Shown one piece after another: positions 55,235 through 59,747 of a stretch of DNA of 59,747 bases. This DNA comes from Paludibacter sp. UBA5753 (GTDB taxonomy: Bacteria > Bacteroidota > Bacteroidia > Bacteroidales > Paludibacteraceae). A program made the position numbers and the translations under genes. The DNA lies in assembly GCA_002427615.1 (NCBI GenBank), contig DIFH01000149.1, positions 7,836 through 67,582 on the forward strand, written 5' to 3'. The notes beneath the pieces were generated by a model, which made no database searches, was not told the DNA's origin, and worked only from the letters and a program-made list of their open reading frames with translations. Positions within the stretch are counted from its first letter, which is position 1, and each line of letters starts with the position of its first letter.

Positions 55235-55870
55235 TCAGGGGAGGTTGGTGGGGCTTAGCAATTCCTGGAATCTCTCCACAAACTGTCCTACATGAAATCC
55301 GTCCATAAGTGCATGATTTGCATGAACATCCACCGGCAACCACATTTTATCCCCATCACGGGTCAGCTTTCCGAAGGTAATTTTAGGAATGCTTCGTCCG
55401 GCGCTTAAAATCCGTGCATGATTTACCGCCGTAAAATCCGCCCACGGAAGGGTTGAATAATGGATTAAATCTTCGCCTGCGTACGGGAATTTTAATCCGT
55501 GCTCGGCTTTTACCCGTTCCACTTCGGCAGTTGCTTGTTTCATAAATTCAGCCATATCTTCGTTGAACGCCATATAACCGCATCCGTAGGTTTCATCCTC
55601 GCGGAAAATGGTCGGGCCGGCTCCCACGCTGTCGTAACAAACTACTTTATCACCTTCGATGCGATACCGGAATTCTTCAATTTCGTTTGCGGCTTTGAGC
55701 GACAAATATAAGTAATAGTTTGAAAACGAATAGCCATATTCTTTCGCTTTTTTATATGCTGCCGAACATTCCACCCGAACCGTAATGCCAAACAAAGGTT
55801 CATCAAAGTTTTTAAAAACTTCGAAATGCTCGCGGCGTTTCCAGGTTGAAAGGTTTATTTTGTGTTTCAT
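55235..55870 (-). CDS. Chloramphenicol acetyltransferase (CatA)-like O-acetyltransferase
   Basis: WKRREHF, STLPW, PKITFGK, HANHALMDGFH. Confidence 0.85.
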   Translation of the reverse strand: MKHKINLSTWKRREHFEVFKNFDEPLFGITVRVECSAAYKKAKEYGYSFSNYYLYLSLKAANEIEEFRYRIEGDKVVCYDSVGAGPTIFREDETYGCGYMAFNEDMAEFMKQATAEVERVKAEHGLKFPYAGEDLIHYSTLPWADFTAVNHARILSAGRSIPKITFGKLTRDGDKMWLPVDVHANHALMDGFHVGQFVERFQELLSPTNLP

Positions 55871-55973
55871 CAGCCCCTAAAATCTCCCAAAGGGAGACTA
55901 AAAGTTAGTTATGTAACTTAATTTTAATTTTGTTTTAGATATAAAAGCCTCTTAAAGCCCCTTTTGGGGGGAT

Positions 55974-56639
55974 TTAGGGGGCTTTCTTCTTCACCGTCCA
56001 CCCAAACTTGCCGATTTTCTCGCCTAACTTGTAATAGTGTCCGTGCGAATAAGCAATTAGTTTGGCTTTTGCCAGATCAAATGTGTCGGTTTTGGGATCA
56101 ATGTATCTTGTGTCGGCCTGCACATTAACAACATCGGAAATGAACATGTCGTGCGAACCGAGTTTTATGATTTCTTTTACCCTGCATTCAATACTCAAAG
56201 GCGCTTCCTTGATAACGGGCGCCGAAATGAATTTGGATTTTGCCGGCGTAAGCTTCATCTCCGCAAATTTATTAAAATCTTTTCCGCTTTTAACTCCACA
56301 CCAATCGGTGGCATAGGCCATTGCTTCATTCGTCAGGTTGATTGCAAACTCTCCGTTCCGTTTGATAATATCGTACGAATACCGTTCAGGGCGGACCGAA
56401 ATATAACATATAGGCGGATTGGTGCATATATTCCCTACCCAGCTGATTGTAAGCAGATTATATTCTTCCAGCGTACTTCCGCACGAAATCAATACGGCCG
56501 GCAGGGGATAGATCATAGTCCCCGGTTTCCATGAAACACGGGAAGTTCCGGCGACAACCTCCGGCTTCCTTAATCCCCTAAGGGAGGACTTTGAGTTAGC
56601 CTGTGTATTTTTACCGATGATATTCTTTTTGTTTTCCAT
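55974..56639 (-). CDS. Flavin reductase-like (DIM6/NTAB) protein
   Basis: PGTMIYPLPAVLISCG, ISVRPERYS, GEFAINL, IECRV, LGSHDMF. Confidence 0.88.
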   Translation of the reverse strand: MENKKNIIGKNTQANSKSSLRGLRKPEVVAGTSRVSWKPGTMIYPLPAVLISCGSTLEEYNLLTISWVGNICTNPPICYISVRPERYSYDIIKRNGEFAINLTNEAMAYATDWCGVKSGKDFNKFAEMKLTPAKSKFISAPVIKEAPLSIECRVKEIIKLGSHDMFISDVVNVQADTRYIDPKTDTFDLAKAKLIAYSHGHYYKLGEKIGKFGWTVKKKAP

Positions 56640-56780
56640 AATTTCAAAGGAACCAAACCATTCAAAAGTCCCCTTTTTGTTGTGTCTCAACTTTACTTAC
56701 CTGTCTCGACTTCACCGTGTCTCGACTTCAGGCGAGAGGCGAGAGGCGAGAGTGGGAGATTTAGGAGGCTTTTACTTTTT

Positions 56781-57236
56781 CTATTTTATCTTCACTTCTT
56801 CCAGTTTCACTTCCCGTTCGCAATAATGACATTTAAGTACTATTTCTCCATTATTATTCAATACTTGAAAGCTCGTTGAAACGGATTCATGATTGGTAAT
56901 ACAATTCGGATTGCTGCATTGTACAATTTCATGAATCTCTTCCGGCAGAACCAACGGACGCTTTTCCACCACCTGAAAATCCTGAATAATGTTGATTTTG
57001 GCATTTGGCGCAATCAACGCGATTTTGTTAGTTTCATCTTCGGCCAAAGCACGTTCCGAAATTTTTATAAGTCCTTTCGATCCGATCTTTGCGCTTTCGA
57101 GGTTGTTTGCCAGTGTGATCTGATTCAGGCAAGTATCCAAGTGCAGAATGGAAACCACTTTGAATAATTTATCCGACGGAATATGGTCGATGACTGTACC
57201 GTTGCGAAGCGCCGCTACTTTTAATTTTTTTTCCAT
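56781..57236 (-). CDS. pyrI: Aspartate carbamoyltransferase regulatory chain
   Basis: LKVAALRNGTVIDHI, CSNPNCITNHE, LKCHYCE. Confidence 0.95.
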   Translation of the reverse strand: MEKKLKVAALRNGTVIDHIPSDKLFKVVSILHLDTCLNQITLANNLESAKIGSKGLIKISERALAEDETNKIALIAPNAKINIIQDFQVVEKRPLVLPEEIHEIVQCSNPNCITNHESVSTSFQVLNNNGEIVLKCHYCEREVKLEEVKIK

Positions 57237-57911
57237 AAGCCCCCCTGAATTCCCCAAAGGGAAATAATACTGAAATTAATATTTTATTGTATTTTTATCT
57301 GATAATAAATGCCTTACATGATAAATGTGAGGTGTATTTATTTGCCTACATTACACAAACGTTACACAAAAGAAGGTATTTAGTTACAAACGGATACAAA
57401 GATATAACATTTGAGGGGAATATGTGATATGTATTTAGCTAAAAACAGGAAAACCATTTTCGCTCTCATTCCCTTGTCAATATTACAAAGATCTTTCTGA
57501 ATCTCAATAATTATTTTACAAACCCTAGTGATTTCATCGCCAGGGCTTGTCCTATAACTTCAAAAAAACATCGTTTAGCATTTTTTATGTATTTATAAAA
57601 CAGATGATTGACTTGTAATTTCATAAGAAAATCAACTACATGAACAAAGTATTATTTTAAACTGCCCGAATGGTGGAAAGATGAAACTCCTGTTTTAGTT
57701 CGTTTCTTCCAACTTATTTCCCGTGCCATTGCAGCAGTGCCCTTTTATATTATGCTGCGTTTCCTGAAGAGTTTAAATCAGAAATTCCGACCTCTTATTT
57801 CAAGCACTAATTAACATAATCTGACCGGAGAAAAAGCGTTCAGAAATTGATTTTTATGAACTTAATACAATCAATGGTTGTTTATATATAAAATATTAAA
57901 TTTATTACCAC

Positions 57912-58121
57912 ATGAAAGCAAATATTGGTTCAACAGACAAATTAATTCGTCTTGGTTTAGCAATTGTTTTAATTGTTTTGTTTTATCTCGAAACCCTTAC
58001 CGGTATCCTTGGCATTATTGCTTTGGTTGTTGCTTTAATACTGACAATAACCAGCTTAATCAACTTCTGCCCTCTTTATTCGCTGTTTAAAATAAATACT
58101 GCAAAAAAGAAACAGAAATAA
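57912..58121 (+). CDS. DUF2892 (YgaP-like) membrane protein
   Basis: NIGSTDKLIR...FCPLYSLFKINT. Confidence 0.85.
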   Translation: MKANIGSTDKLIRLGLAIVLIVLFYLETLTGILGIIALVVALILTITSLINFCPLYSLFKINTAKKKQK

Positions 58122-58472
58122 AATTGCCTGCTTTCAGTAGCTGCCGCAAAAATATTTTTCGACTGATAGTTTTGTGTCATTTTAGTTTCTTTGAAATAAG
58201 GAGCTATATTTTTATTTTGCCTGATATGTAGATAAATAGGTGTGCTTTTCTTATATTTTTAGCTTTTTGAATTTATACTTTTTTTAAACGAAATAAGGCA
58301 TATTTCATCAATGGCTAATAAAATGATGTTTAGTCTCAAAAAAACAAAATACTTTCAATTTGCCATCTCTACATTGCAAACCACAAAAAAAGTGTAATTA
58401 TTTATAGGTGAATTTTGTCAATCGGACGAAATTTTGTAATTTCGCGTCGATTTCAAGAAAACTCAATTTTAA

Positions 58473-59486
<1,014 letters not shown>

Positions 59487-59492
59487 ACCGAT

Positions 59493-59690
59493 TCAAATAA
59501 ATACAAAATCCCCTGTAACCGAATAGTTGCAGGGGATTTTTTTGTTTCCAAATAAAATACCATCAGGCGAAATATCAGGGTTACTGAAGTATTGATTCGG
59601 TTGGCTGATACTCGTATTCCGGAATGCATCAGCTATGGAGTCAACTGCTTTTTGCTGGTGGATAAGCCCTGTTTGTAAAATTAGTTCCAT
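59493..59690 (-). pseudogene. N-terminal fragment of a type III restriction (Res) subunit-like gene
   Basis: MELILQTGLIHQQKAVDSIADAF resembles Res N-termini (Q motif); the frame ends in the gap terminator after 65 aa. Confidence 0.5.
59505..59543. terminator. Terminator after gap
   Basis: AAAATCCCCTGTAAC...GTTGCAGGGGATTTT followed by a T tract. Confidence 0.85.
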
Positions 59691-59747
59691 TTATTTTTTT
59701 CTTCATACCTAACCTGTACAAGCCAGAACCAAAAAGGTAGAACGCAA

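Larger units (their letters stand above)
55156..57265. repeat. Dispersed REP-like family, consensus about CCCCTAAATCCCCCAAAGGGGGACTT, often as inverted pairs
   Basis: Copies at 55156-84(+), 55225-54(-), 55873-99(+), 55955-82(-), 56564-91(+), 56666-769(-, interrupted), 57239-65(+); related copies at 52391-411(-) and 32892-915(+). Confidence 0.75.

Noticed and set aside
55235-55870. Acquired chloramphenicol-resistance cassette
   Set aside because: The CatA-like fold is clear, but there is no IS or integron context, and such homologues are common chromosomal genes in Bacteroidetes; resistance cannot be inferred.

Overview
AT-rich Bacteroidales-type chromosomal window. Host genes on the left: GH105 hydrolase, N-acyltransferase, yebC, a DUF5723/TSP3/OmpA protein and a large lipoprotein. 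Host genes on the right: purC, phoH, glyA, a CAT-like gene, flavin reductase, pyrI, gap. Between them is an apparently complete ~39.2 kb temperate, tape-measure-encoding prophage (10369-49549) integrated in the 3' end of a tRNA-Ser(TGA). It has an 18-bp att core at both ends and matching integrase arm sites, and it sits in front of an older, decayed integrase island at the same tRNA. Notable prophage features: a phage-specific late-promoter motif at exact spacing in five places; a P4-CI/P1-C4-like antisense RNA switch; a KilA-N gene with two tandem variant cassettes each centred on a different DNA palindrome; an iteron/cos-like 1.1 kb non-coding block after terL; counter-defence genes (DUF2829/Tad2-like, ArdC-like); hicAB bracketed by an inverted repeat; and a tail protein with a CE4 deacetylase domain. 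Notable features in the right host flank: an IS200/RAYT-type HUH transposase inside a ~250-bp-period array of three-hairpin REP elements that has captured copies of the gene's own 5' end; a four-helix-bundle (IVS/Avd-like) gene bracketed by inverted heptamer arrays; and a second REP family at nearly every gene junction, one copy carrying a triple nested insertion. All family assignments come from motif recognition by eye, not from database searches.
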